64,000 bases of DNA from Octopus bimaculoides (lineage: Eukaryota), in contig NC_068989.1 of the NCBI RefSeq assembly GCF_001194135.2, positions 19,552,412-19,616,411 of the forward strand, written 5' to 3'. A program made the translations under genes and the position numbers. The notes under the pieces were generated by a model. It was not told where the DNA came from and did no database searches. It saw only the letters and a program-made list of their open reading frames with translations. Below, one piece after another: positions 23,828-35,784 of the stretch; the first letter of the stretch is position 1; the number at the start of each line of letters is the position of its first letter.

Positions 23828-26699
23828 CAACAAAAGAGTTTTCCAGCCTGTACAAGTTACTTGGTTAGATTTACCTGTTTGTCTTTAAACCAGCCATATC
23901 TAACTCAAATATTCTACTTGTTTTATGTTCAAAATGGCCAGATTTGGCTTATCACATCTATCCTACAATGTCATTCTAAAAAATAAACAATCACATCAAA
24001 ATCTTGAAGGTACAAGATAATGCATGATTAATTCAAAACTGTGAATAAATAAGCATTACATTTGACAAAATAATCCAAATGCAAATGGGTTAAAGTTCTT
24101 TAAAAAAACTTGGAAAAATTATTCAATTTTGTTGTTTCAATCTGTTACTGGAAATGATTTGTCTTTACAGCCAGTATGACTGACTAAATATATATCACCA
24201 TCAGATACAACTGTATTAAACTCAGTTTTTTTTTAACATTCACATTTCCATCTTTGTATGGATCAAATGTAATTCAGTGAGGGAGATTTTCTATAGCTGG
24301 ATACCCTTCCCTTTGCCAATCTTTACAGGTCTCTAAGTAAAGTAACATTTACTCAGATATGTTTCAGCAGAAGACTGGAAACAATGCTTGTAAAATGGTG
24401 ATGCTTGTTTTACAACAATGTCAAGATAAGACACATGCACAGACTTCTTTTAATTATTGTCTACCAAATTCACTCACAAGGATCTGGTTGGTCTGAGGCT
24501 ATGGCAAAAGACATATGCTGTTGGGCAAGTTTCTGAGTCTGAAACCATATGATTGGAAAGTCACTTCTCATCTACACACCAATGTCTGTTCTTTAATAGA
24601 ATATAGTAGAAATATACATAGAATTTAAGTGGAAGAAATTTCAAAGAATTGTCAAATATTTGCAATAATTAGATATGCTCTTTTCTTGTATTAGAACAAG
24701 ATAACTATAATCATTTTATGTTTACTTTCCATGAGTGTGAAGACGAGTGACCTAGTGGTTAGGGTGTTGCACTCCCAAAATCATGGGTTTGGTTCCCAGA
24801 CTGTGCAGTGCATTGTGTTCTTGAGCAAAGCATTTCAGTTCAACTGTAAATGAGTAACCTTATTAGCTGCTGGCAAATTTGTGGTCAAGCCTGTGGAGAC
24901 ATCTGGTATTCTTTGCCCCCAGACTAAATCCATATCAGGGAAGAGATGGCTATCTATAAGTGTCTCCCTCACCATCTTCTGGGGCAACACCTTTTCCATT
25001 TTGTCCACTGGGATCACGAGGCAGACTAACAAGTCCGATGCCCCTTATAAATAATATCCATTAACACAACATTCCACCCCCTACCAAATATATTGCTGCA
25101 ATTGTGGATTGTCTCTTGCTTTGATTAATATACTTGCAATAGATTGGCATCCTGCTAAAGAAATAAGTTTTAATCTCAGTCACTTATATTAGTGAGCCAT
25201 GTCTTACTTGTACATTTCAGTTTTGGATTGGTTTCCACAAGTGGATGCTCTTCCTGTCATCAACCACTTTCCAGTGGTGTGCATTTTGTTGAAACAACAG
25301 TTCATGCCCTTGGCAAGATTAGTGTCCTCTGAATGCAATTGCTTGTTTGCCAATTATACAAAGCATACTGGGTGCATATTTTGGCATCAGTACTAGTAAG
25401 ATTGCTTTGTCTCATAAAACAAGAGTACTCACTATGTGGACATGTTTCCAATAAACTGTATTTTAACTATTGTAGCTGCCATTGTTTATAATTGCAGTAT
25501 TATTCCTCCTCTCACACCCACAACAGGCAAACAAACCTGAAGCATAGTATGTTAGTATTGTTTCATTTCCACCACCCTCTCTCTTCAAAATGCTTCTACA
25601 CAAAGAAATCAATGTTTTATTTTTAACTAGGATATTTGGAATATGGCCAAAAGACAGAATCTCAGATTTACTGCTCTTACTGAGCTGGAACTAAGGTGTC
25701 TTGATAAGTTTTAAGCTAATAATTACTGGAATAGCCTTTTTTATTATCTAGATATGAAATTTTATTTCTAGTTTTGTTTTTTAAGTTATAAGCCTCATTG
25801 CAAAATGTAAACAAATATCTACGTATTTGTTGTAATAATGGCACTGTAATAGTTTATTTACTAATCTTTTAGTAAATAAAAACAGCAGTCAATAACAGGG
25901 CAAGTATTACAATTATTTCGTTTGTAGCACTCGTCCTCTCAGAACAGGTAAACATATATCTGAAGAATTGTAGTAGTGACCCCTATCTCTTATACTTGAT
26001 CAACTATGCTGCTTCCCTCTCCTCATAACTATTCTTACCTCAGACTACCCCAATATTAGATTTGTATGTTTCCACATACTTTTTGCTAATATAATCATTA
26101 GTATTTATATATGTATTTCATTTGTATGAGAATAAGATATGTAAATTTTTTTTTGTCATAAATCTTATCTAGTATGCTGTAAGCAGTACCAACTTCAGTC
26201 TAGGAAACTACTCCCGTCTCCCCTCTGCAATACAGAAACAGTCTATCATAAGCTTCACGCTTTAGCAGAATTTTGGAAAAACACAAACGATAATGCAGCT
26301 AATGTGATTAAGAATGCACAAACTCAATGAAAAACACACACAATAAAGGAGACGGATTCCCTTGTGCCAGTGGAATAAAATGTACAAAGATAATGCTGCA
26401 AAGTAGTTGGTGACAAGAAAAGCATAAAGCCAATAAAACACCACCACTACAATGCACGTACAGGAGTGATACAACCCTGTTAGTGCTGTAGTCAAGTGGA
26501 AATGTCTGGCCATATAGGAAAACCCCATTACCCAATTGTTAACAAATGAATGCACTAACTCCTTCAGGGCTGCCATCACAAAAAGTAGTACTGGGAAAAT
26601 TGTTGAGGTGCTGGAACAAGGGGTTAGTCAATGCATGCCCTGTACAAGGAGTAAGCATCATCACAAGTTGTCAGAAAAATGGATAGTGAGGTAGTTAAA

Positions 26700-26980
26700 G
26701 CAATCATCTCTTTAGGTGAAATGGCAAAACTCACAAAAGCCTAGTAAGAACAGGCAAACTAGTAACTTATTGAAGTCCAGACAAAGAAGAAATGGGAGTC
26801 TGTTGGGACACACCCAATGAAAACTGGCTTCCAATATTACAAGGACACCCCAAGAGAGAAGCATGGCAAATCAAGAACACGGAAACTGAAGCGCTGACAG
26901 GCAGCTATTCTTGGGAACAACTGCAATCCATTGCCAAAGACAGAGGGAAATCTCATTAGCAACCATGGAGTCAAATTAAT
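26700..26980 (+). mobile_element. Degenerate RTE-type LINE 3' coding relic
   Basis: Fragments resembling KKKW..GHT and SWEQLQSIAKDR. Heavily mutated. Confidence 0.4.
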
Positions 26981-28153
26981 ACATCTGCACATTCTCCACA
27001 TTCAGGACTGGAAAATGAGCAAAACGTCAGTTTTTGTGAATCCACCTGAGTGACAGCTATGTCTTCTATAGCTGCAGGTTAATAAAAAAAAGCCTAGAGT
27101 TGATTTGGAAGGGGGAAACTGCACGTATTTTTGTCTCCTTGCCTTGATATTATACAACAGTCATCACCATACAATCCTGTAGAAATGTCTAGCCATGAAG
27201 AAATATCTTCTTTGCAAACGAGTGTTGGCAATAGGCAGGGTGTCTAGCCATGGAAAAATGTATCTCAGTGAGTTATTGCTGATCCATGCAAGCATGAAAA
27301 AGTAGATGTCAAAACTATGATGATGCAGTCTGATGGCTGCTATGAAAGCTACATGTATATCAGAAGAAATTATTGAAGAAAAACTCAACAATTAAGAGGT
27401 CTCAAAGTACAAGACAAAAATGTTTTAGCAAAGAAAGCAGATTTCTATTGCCATTATCAATATACAAAAATAGATAAGAATTCCATATGGTGTACCTGTT
27501 GTAAACTATAAACGTGCAAGGCATACTGGAATTACAGAAAAGGCTGAGAGAAAAGAAAAACCTTTTATGTGGTAGACGTAGAGGAATAGTTAGTAGTGAA
27601 AGCACAAATAAAATAAATTCTGTTAAATGCTTAAAAGGATTATCTTTGAGTGTAAGTAAATCTTATGACATGAAATCTGATGTTGCATTACACCAAAACA
27701 TGAACTTGCCATGATGCAGATACATTTTACTAGATATGTAGTGTTGTTGTGCACGAATAATTAGAGTACAATGAAAGACTAGGCATAAGAAAAGATATAA
27801 TAAAGGTAACTATTAGTGAAAACTTACAATGTATATGGAAAGTGATAATTGGGTAAAGTACCAGTGATTTGAGTGGAAAGTAAAAACATAGGCTGTAACT
27901 GTGAAAGCCAAACTGATTTTCAGAAAGGAGTGACTGCAGCAACAGGTGGTGACGGGCTGTGCTGAAGATCCAAGCATTCTATGCAAGCACAGATCCTGTT
28001 ACAAGAGGCAACAATGGAAGGGTTGTTTGAAATTGAAGAAATAGTCATGATTCATTTCATTATTTATAAGTGTATTAATAGTAAAGACAGGACAAGTGAA
28101 AATAAATAGAAACTCAAAAGACAAAAGAACAAACACTAAATTTAGTTTATAAT

Positions 28154-28159
28154 TTTATT
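28154..28159 (-). terminator. RPS21: RPS21 polyadenylation signal AATAAA
   Basis: AATAAA 20 nt after the TGA stop, on the minus strand. Confidence 0.8.
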
Positions 28160-28179
28160 TTCTATTTGGCAGGCCATAT

Positions 28180-28189
28180 TCAATAATTT
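28180..28189 (-). CDS. RPS21: 40S ribosomal protein S21, last coding exon ((K)NY*)
   Basis: ttttttttcttttctttcag|A AAT TAT TGA completes the 83-aa protein [83 protein letters not shown]. Confidence 0.9.
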
Positions 28190-29031
28190 CTGAAAGAAAA
28201 AGAAAAAAAATTCTCATAAAACTGCAATAGGTATTGAAATTAAGTTTTGAAAGACATGTAATATAATAGAAAATTAAATTCTATAAAGTTAAAATATTTC
28301 AATGTATTTGAATCAAGTTCCCACCGCATTTACTATTAATTAATGCATTAGTGTAAGTATGGCTGCATGGTTAAGAAATTTGCAAGCACATAGTTCCGGT
28401 TTCAATCCTACTGATTAAGGTGAAATCTTCTAGCAATGCCCTGGGTTGACCAATTGCCACTGCACCCTACTGAAATTTAGTAGATAGAAATTGCAGAAGC
28501 CTGTTGCAAATAAATTAATATAATATACAAAGGCCACTTATTTCCACCACCAAAAGTGCTAATTATCAATGAATGCCCTGCTGGAAACCAATATAACTAA
28601 TAATATTGTGCACTAAACAATTCTTCTAAAAATAAATATTTTTAGAGTTAAGCATGTCTTTATATATGTATATCTTTATTCTTTACTTCTTTCAGTCATA
28701 CTGGGGCACCATCTTGAAGGGGTTTTAGTTGAATGAATTGACCACAATACTGAATCTTTTTTTTCTTATAAGCCTGGGATTTATTCCATCGGTCCCTCAT
28801 GTTGAACTGCTAAGTTACAGAGACATAAAGCAAACCAGTACCAATTGTCAAGTGGAAGTGAGAGGACAAACATGATAGGCTTCTTTTAGTCTCATCCACT
28901 CTGAAGGATTTGATTTACCTGGGGCTATAGAAGAAGCCACATGAACCTGGAACCACGTAGAAAGGAAGCAAACTCTGACCACACAACCACCAAAAATACC
29001 AAGTCCAAACTAACAAACTTTCACAACTTAC

Positions 29032-29087
29032 TTTGCAATAATTCCATCCCTTTTTGCTAAACGGCAAATACTGTCATCAGATTCACC
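29032..29087 (-). CDS. RPS21: RPS21 coding exon 4 ([18 protein letters not shown])
   Basis: ctttacag| and |gtaagt; 56 nt; matches the conserved eS21 C-terminal part. Confidence 0.97.
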
Positions 29088-29319
29088 CTGTAAAGTGAGG
29101 AGAAAGGAGAAATAAATTAATGAAAAGGCACTGAAAAGAAATGAACAAATGTTACTATGAATCTAAGGCTGCATCTCCCTAAATATGAGGAACTTACTGA
29201 AGATGAAGTTAATTCAAAATATATTAGAACCAAATCTGACAAACCTTTCATTTTGTAAAATTCTATATTTCAGTACCACCAATTAATAGTGATGCACACC
29301 ATTATCTATGCAATGAAAA

Positions 29320-29447
29320 GAATGTCAGAGGTGCTTGTCCAGACAATTTTATATGGAAAATTATCTGAAAGTTTTCCTCTTTTTATTTTCCAAAGTTTTG
29401 GCCCCAGTCACAAAAATGAAGCATGAACAGGAATTTGATGACTTTGG
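29320..29447 (-). ncRNA. Box H/ACA snoRNA, copy A (predicted guides 18S U1238 and U36, human numbering)
   Basis: Two hairpins (CCAAAG/CUUUGG and AGAGG/CCUCU), H box AAAUAA and ACA 3 nt from the end. Pockets UCAAAUU+GCC and AAAACUUU+GACAAGCA, each 14 nt from its box. Confidence 0.88.
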
Positions 29448-29558
29448 CTTTATATACAAATAAAGATAGAATCACAACAGACTTCCTATATAATCTAGCA
29501 ATTTTCCAATATTAACATTATAATAATGAGCCAAGTTGAAATATATCAAGGGTATTAC

Positions 29559-29630
29559 CATCTGTCGAATCTTCCCGCAAATAGCATATGTTTTGTTTGA
29601 ACCTGTCATTCTGCCTGTAGTAACATCAAC
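29559..29630 (-). CDS. RPS21: RPS21 coding exon 3 ([24 protein letters not shown])
   Basis: ttttctcag| and |gtaata; 72 nt; matches eS21. Confidence 0.97.
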
Positions 29631-29765
29631 CTGAGAAAAGGGAGAAAGACTAGAAATAAAATCACATAAAAACCACATTCAATTCTGATGTGTGTGTGTG
29701 TATGCAAGCCATTTTAACTTGCAACACAAACTGCCAAAAGATAAAAAAACAAACAATATGGAAAC

Positions 29766-29895
29766 TAATGTCAGAGGTGCTTGTCCAGATAATTTTACGA
29801 GTAAAAAATTAGCTGAAAGTTTTCCTCAATTTATATCCCAAAGACTAGGCTCTGTACACAGGGGTACTATGTGAACAGGAATTTGACAACTTTGG
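29766..29895 (-). ncRNA. Box H/ACA snoRNA, copy B (paralog of 29320-29447)
   Basis: Same pockets (GUCAAAUU+GCC; AAAACUUU+GACAAGCA), H box AUAUAA and ACA box. Upper stems and loops have diverged while pairing is kept. Confidence 0.9.
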
Positions 29896-30544
29896 TGATA
29901 CATTTTACATACAAGTTACACAACTCTTTTACAAAGGAAACCTAGAGTACCGGCAAGCATGGTGAATTGAAAACCACAAGAATGGCAGCAGTGAAGTAGA
30001 TTGAAAGGTATATTTGTGTATGTATGTTTGAGAGTACGGGCATGTGTACACGTGTTTGTGTGCATGTAGGTAAAATTACTAGCAAGTCTATCACTGCCAG
30101 CAAGGGCTGTAGCATTGCTCTCCCCTTTTGAACACACATTTATGTTCATGGTTTTACTACTACATAACATTTTGTAATAACAATTACTCATTGAAGAAAA
30201 CCATTGTCCAAATAGTAGTGACATCTGATCTATTTAAGCCTGACTATGCCAAAACTTTTGAATGCCACCAACTCTTACAAGTAGTATAGAGAAAGAAATA
30301 AACTTTCTGCATAGGTTATACAAGATTTTTCATTTATATTGATATCACAACCACCACGTATATACAGTTGAGCAGAAACAAATATCAATGACAAAAGCAA
30401 AAAAATTTTGAACTTGTTTTACATGGTGACTGATAAGGTCCAGAGGCAATTTGCTGTTGCATTTGATTGAACAGGCCCATGGTTCAAAAACTTTCAAGCT
30501 GTGATTATCCTGTCTTATGTAGTGCATGTAAAACTGTTACTTAA

Positions 30545-31966
30545 CCCTTTCGTTACCATATTTCTAACCAAATTACACCCCTTATGTGTTTCAATTAATT
30601 TCTAACATAATCATAAATTTAGGCTGGTTTCATTAAACAACTCTAACTTTTTTATTTATCAACATATTAATGTGATTTTTGGAAGATAAATTAACGAAAG
30701 GTTCTCAACCAATTCTATACCAAAATTTTTGTCACAAAGTGACTTTAATTACAGGTAAATTCAACAAAATATAAAATTATTTAAATTTTTGTTCAAACAT
30801 CGCTATAGAAAATGGGTTATTAGCTAATATTCAATTGGGTATACAACAAAATATTATTATAGAAGAGTTGTGCACATTACTGGATTTATNNNNNNNNNNN
30901 NNNNNNNNNNNNNNNNNNNNNNNNNNNNNNNNNNNNNNNNNNNNNNNNNNNNNNNNNNNNNNNNNNNNNNNNNNNNNNNNNNNNNNNNNNNNNNNNNNNN
31001 NNNNNNNNNNNNNNNNNNNNNNNNNNNNNNNNNNNNNNNNNNNNNNNNNNNNNNNNNNNNNNNNNNNNNNNNNNNNNNNNNNNNNNNNNNNNNNNNNNNN
31101 NNNNNNNNNNNNNNNNNNNNNNNNNNNNNNNNNNNNNNNNNNNNNNNNNNNNNNNNNNNNNNNNNNNNNNNNNNNNNNNNNNNNNNNNNNNNNNNNNNNN
31201 NNNNNNNNNNNNNNNNNNNNNNNNNNNNNNNNNNNNNNNNNNNNNNNNNNNNNNNNNNNNNNNNNNNNNNNNNNNNNNNNNNNNNNNNNNNNNNNNNNNN
31301 NNNNNNNNNNNNNNNNNNNNNNNNNNNNNNNNNNNNNNNNNNNNNNNNNNNNNNNNNNNNNNNNNNNNNNNNNNNNNNNNNNNNNNNNNNNNNNNNNNNN
31401 NNNNNNNNNNNNNNNNNNNNNNNNNNNNNNNNNNNNNNNNNNNNNNNNNNNNNNNNNNNNNNNNNNNNNNNNNNNNNNNNNNNNNNNNNNNNNNNNNNNN
31501 NNNNNNNNNNNNNNNNNNNNNNNNNNNNNNNNNNNNNNNNNNNNNNNNNNNNNNNNNNNNNNNNNNNNNNNNNNNNNNNNNNNNNNNNNNNNNNNNNNNN
31601 NNNNNNNNNNNNNNNNNNNNNNNNNNNNNNNNNNNNNNNNNNNNNNNNNNNCGGAAAATCCTTCGAATTCTGACTCGCTGCTTGACAGAATAAAATTCGT
31701 ATCCATTTTTTTTGTCAGGATTACAAATTTTGAAAACACAACAGGAACAAATTTGGAAAAAAATCTCCCAAAATTCACAAAATTAAAAAAACATGTTGAT
31801 CGTCGTACAAAACTATAGCTGAACTGTTTACACAAATAATCACGTGTTTTCACGAATGTACTAATGAGATTTGCTCAGATATTCTCATTTAAATATGAAT
31901 AGGTGATAACGGGCGGCTTGGTCACATTAACCAAAATTTTTTTCGGGCGGTTTCGTAACGAAAGGG
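30545..31966 (-). mobile_element. piggyBac-type element, probably non-autonomous, in RPS21 intron
   Basis: 12-bp TIRs CCCTTTCGTTAC/GTAACGAAAGGG flanked by TTAA at 30541-30544 and 31967-31970. An acidic ORF start (MDTNFILSSSESEFEGFS) runs into the gap at 30890-31651. Confidence 0.88.
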
Positions 31967-32086
31967 TTAACATATGGTGAGATTAGAGATTTGACTGCTA
32001 TTTCTTCCATGCTGTATGTTATAGTAAACTTAAGAAATCCTATGTTCAATTCAATTCCCTCTCATTTTAGCACTCGCTATAATTAT

Positions 32087-32945
32087 TATCTCTGCCTTAG
32101 CGAAGGCAGAGGTATTGTTTTCAGTCGTGTTTGTTTGTCTGTGTTCAAGATATCCCAAGAACCATTGGATAGATTCAAATGAAACTTTCAGGGATGTTTG
32201 GCATGAACTGATTAGATCTTGGGATTGATCCAGTACTGGACAAGGATTCAGGATTATTTACTATATTTACCTTACATGAAGTATTATGATCTTACACTCA
32301 CTTCTCCCTTGAAAGTACATTCATGGTTTGCTGTTTCGTTTCTCTATTATTAATTTTATTCGCATCTCTATCCATAACCGATGGATAAAGAAATCAAACT
32401 ACAGCAAAGTTGTTCAGAAACTAAACACTAGCATATTCAGTAACAATAATAAATTAATCCCTGACAATTTTTACTTTTACCAATTATGAATATATCACTC
32501 CTGTTTAAAACCTCTTACCTACTTCACAATTGCATTTCTCGCTCTGCCCTGAAGGAAGCTTTATTTCATGGACCCACGTCTTTGTGCGCAATGATGTTGT
32601 TAAACCAGTTAAAAATTTTTCACTCTAGACCTTAAGGGTTGTAAAGACTATATCAGTGGATAGACAAAAAAAGGCCTTCATAGAGAAAACTGTCCCTGTC
32701 CCCACTGCAGACAACACACACACACAGCCATCTTCACATTCCATGACTAGCACTGGGATTGATCAGGTAACAGACAAGGATTCTGGATTATTTTTTTGTT
32801 TGACTTAATTTTTGAGAGTGGTTGGGTTCATTCTCATTCGTGAGAGTAGTTGAGTTTATTTCAGATATTTTCATTTTAAAAATAATCTGCTAATTGTTGA
32901 GAGGACGTTGGTGTTGCCCTGGTGGAGGTTTGCACTCACTGAAGT
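32087..32945 (+). mobile_element. Helentron/HINE-like non-autonomous element
   Basis: 5' palindrome CTCTGCCTT-AGCG-AAGGCAGAG (32090-32111) and a 3' GGTGGAGGTTTGCACTC subterminal motif. Classification is from recalled family features. Confidence 0.55.
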
Positions 32946-33189
32946 CTTTATCCCCTGACCTCTACCGGATGTCTTTTTCCTGAACACTTCCTACGACTAG
33001 CTATACAGAACGCTTTCCCCCACCTACCTTCTCCCTCCATCCCTACCTAGAGTCTATCTCCTGTTGAATGTAGTGATTATGTAGCAAATAAAATGATGGT
33101 ATAGTGTATGCAGGTTGAAGGCTATTTATATGTTTATGAGACCTGCCAAATGCAAGTGTTCTTTTCAGATGCATAATGCTGCTGTCTTC

Positions 33190-33460
33190 CATCCCAGACC
33201 TTCCACACCCTCAGAGTTGGCACATTGAAAGGTAGGTCTGGTGAGATTATTGAGATGCTTGAACAGAGACATGTAGATTTGTGCTGCACCCAAGGTGGAG
33301 AGGAAGTTTTGCTAGGTTCCTCACAGGCAAAGAACATAGGTATAAGATTTTCTGGGTAGGGAACACTGATGGGGTTGGGGGCATGGGTATACCCCTTGTG
33401 GAGAAATGGGTTGATAAGGTAAAAGAGGTAGTCAGAGTCTGTGATAGAATGTGCTGTGCT
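33190..33460 (+). mobile_element. RTE-clade LINE endonuclease relic
   Basis: TLRVGTLKGRSGEIIEML...RFLTGKEHRYKIFWVGNTDGVGGMGIPLVEKWVDKV. Confidence 0.8.
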
Positions 33461-34267
33461 TCAGAAGACCTGTTGAGTCAAGTGAAATTGTAGTCATGGC
33501 TGGTACCAGTGCTGCCTGACTGGCAAGTAAAACGCATCCACTACTCTTGGAGTGGTTGGCATTAGGAAGGGCATCCAGCTGCAGAAACAACGGCAGATCA
33601 GATTGGAGCCGGCTGCAGCCTCCTAGTTTGCCAGTCCTCAATCAAACCATCCCAGTATGGAAAGCGGATGTTAAACAATGATGATGATGACATTCTCTAA
33701 GTAAGAGCTTTCTCAAAACGAGCAGTACTTCCTCTTGCAGGGGTGTGTGTGAAATAATGTTACTATAAGTACTGGGAACAGTGAAGCATGAGATATGCTT
33801 CTTAATTGCCTTTACTTTCAATTTTTATCCTATGAGCAAATCATCTGCAGTCTGTCGTCCATGCTGGCATAAGTCGAATGGACTAGGGCTGGTAATCCGC
33901 ACCAGACTCCAGTCTGATTTGGTATGGCTTTCTACAGCTGGATGCCTTTCCTAATGGCAACAACTCCCAAGTGTAATGCTTTTATGTGCTGACAGCACGA
34001 GTGTCATTTGCATGACTTGGGTCGTCTTCTCAAGCACAATATAATACCAAGGGCCTTGGTCATTGCTTCCATGAGGCCCAATGCTTGAAAGGAACATGGT
34101 TGTGCATTTAATTTTACTGTATTTTAGCAAGAGTTCAGGGTTAAGAAAGACGGAATGATAGTTTAAAAAAAAAGTTTGAGAAGCACTGGTCTAAAATTCA
34201 CAGATGAAGACAAACATTTTGAAACCAAATTTTAACTAAGAATATTGGTTAATTTTGTAATACTTAC

Positions 34268-34331
34268 TTCAGCAATGTTTATTTGTACAGAAGCATGATC
34301 TTTGGCAGCAATAATGCTGTTACTGGCTGAA
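34268..34331 (-). CDS. RPS21: RPS21 coding exon 2 ((C)[21 protein letters not shown])
   Basis: ctttttgtgtctctag| and |gtaagt; 64 nt; phase fits the flanking exons. Confidence 0.97.
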
Positions 34332-34491
34332 CTAGAGACACAAAAAGAAAAAAATATGAAAGCAATGATTATGATCATGTAGATAATTATTTTAGTTTGG
34401 AAAGAAAAATTACCATTGCAATTATTATACTAAAAAAAAATTACTTGTAGATACTATTTTATAAACACCATTTAGTGTTTGGAAACAGTTC

Positions 34492-34620
34492 AGATGTATG
34501 AACCAGTTGAATATTCAGAAGATTAGAAATCTGAGATACATTTTCAACAGTTCAACATTTTATATACCAAAGTTTTGACTCCACTCACAGGTTTTTACCA
34601 TGAGTCGCAACACCCTTTGG
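34492..34620 (-). ncRNA. SNORA13: Box H/ACA snoRNA, SNORA13/snR35-like (predicted guide for 18S U1248), copy 1
   Basis: The 5' hairpin pocket GUGUU + GUCAAA pairs with 18S UUUGAC-U-C-AACAC, 14 nt from H box AUAUAA. The second hairpin (UGAAC/GUUCA) is followed by ACA. Confidence 0.88.
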
Positions 34621-34709
34621 AAAATGATCACCATAACTCCAATATCGAAATATGCTAACATTATNNNNNNNNNNNNNNNNNNNNNNNNNNNNNNNNNNNN
34701 NNNNNNNNN

Positions 34710-34890
34710 TTCTTCGCCACATCACCAAATGAAATATGCTTATTGGTCGTTGCACCAGAAAATAACGGGGTAATCTTTTGGAATACGTCTTATTATTATC
34801 GTCATTTTCCGTGAGCACGTCTTTTTAATTGTAAACACTCCCGTTCTGTTTGACGTGTGGAAGAGGACGCTAATGGGTGTGTGTGTGCGA
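34710..34890. repeat. Unclassified CpG-rich repeat, copy 1 (related copies at ~35290-35450 and ~38399-38501)
   Basis: Shared strings ttcttcgccacat(c/t)accaaat.aaatatgcttatt.gtcgttgcaccagaaaataacggg and cgtcattttccgtgagcacgt. Confidence 0.8.
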
Positions 34891-35784
34891 GTTGGTTTTA
34901 TGTAACCATTTCTTTAAGTGTTATTCTTTTACTTGTTTCAATCATTTGACTGCGGCCATGTTGGAGCACTGCCTTTAGTCGAAAACATCGACCCCAGGAC
35001 TTATTCTATCGATCTCTTTGCCGATTCGCTAAGTTAAGGGGACGTAAACACACCAACATCGATTGTCAAGCGATGGTGGCGGGACAAACAGATACATATA
35101 AAACGGGCTTCTTTCAGTTTCCGCCAACCAAATCCACACACAAGTTTTAATTGACCGACTTTTTTTCCATGCATGCTGCAATATTTCGGCTCTTCGGTCA
35201 TTAACAAAAAACCCCACATGGCTTTTTCGACGTTTATCTCGTTTTCTTCCTGGAAATTTACGGATTTTACATACAGAAATAAAGCAGGTAAGAACAAATA
35301 TGGGCAATCTTTCGGAATACATCTCATTAACTTCGTCATTTTCCGTGAGCACGTTGACTTGTCAATTGTAAACATTCGTGTGCGTGCTTATTCTTGTTTG
35401 ACGTGTTAAAGTGGAAGAGGAAGCTAATGGGTGTACGTGTGTGTGTGGAGGAAGCTAATAAGTGTACATATTCCGGTCCTTTCCTCAGAATCATAGAAGT
35501 GGCATTAACAATTTCGATAATAATACAAGGGACGTAACTCTTAAAACAATAAGGAAGATAATATCGCCAAGAAAAATCACACAAAATCAAAATGTTAGAA
35601 TTCAAGAGAATTCGTATTAGAATTTTGAAAGTGTGTTTCTAGCATCTCAGGTTTTCTGTTTAGATACTTTTTGCGTCTGTTATTGTGTAATGCTATACGT
35701 GCGTGAAACATTAGTAGAGTAAACACTTTTAATTTCACTTCTTGTCAAATGATGACTGTGGTACGAAGCTATTATATAAAGTGT

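Noticed and set aside
27892-28003. Two back-to-back hairpins followed by ACA, downstream of the RPS21 poly(A) site
   Set aside because: No hinge or H box between the hairpins, the pocket is asymmetric, and the locus is not intronic.
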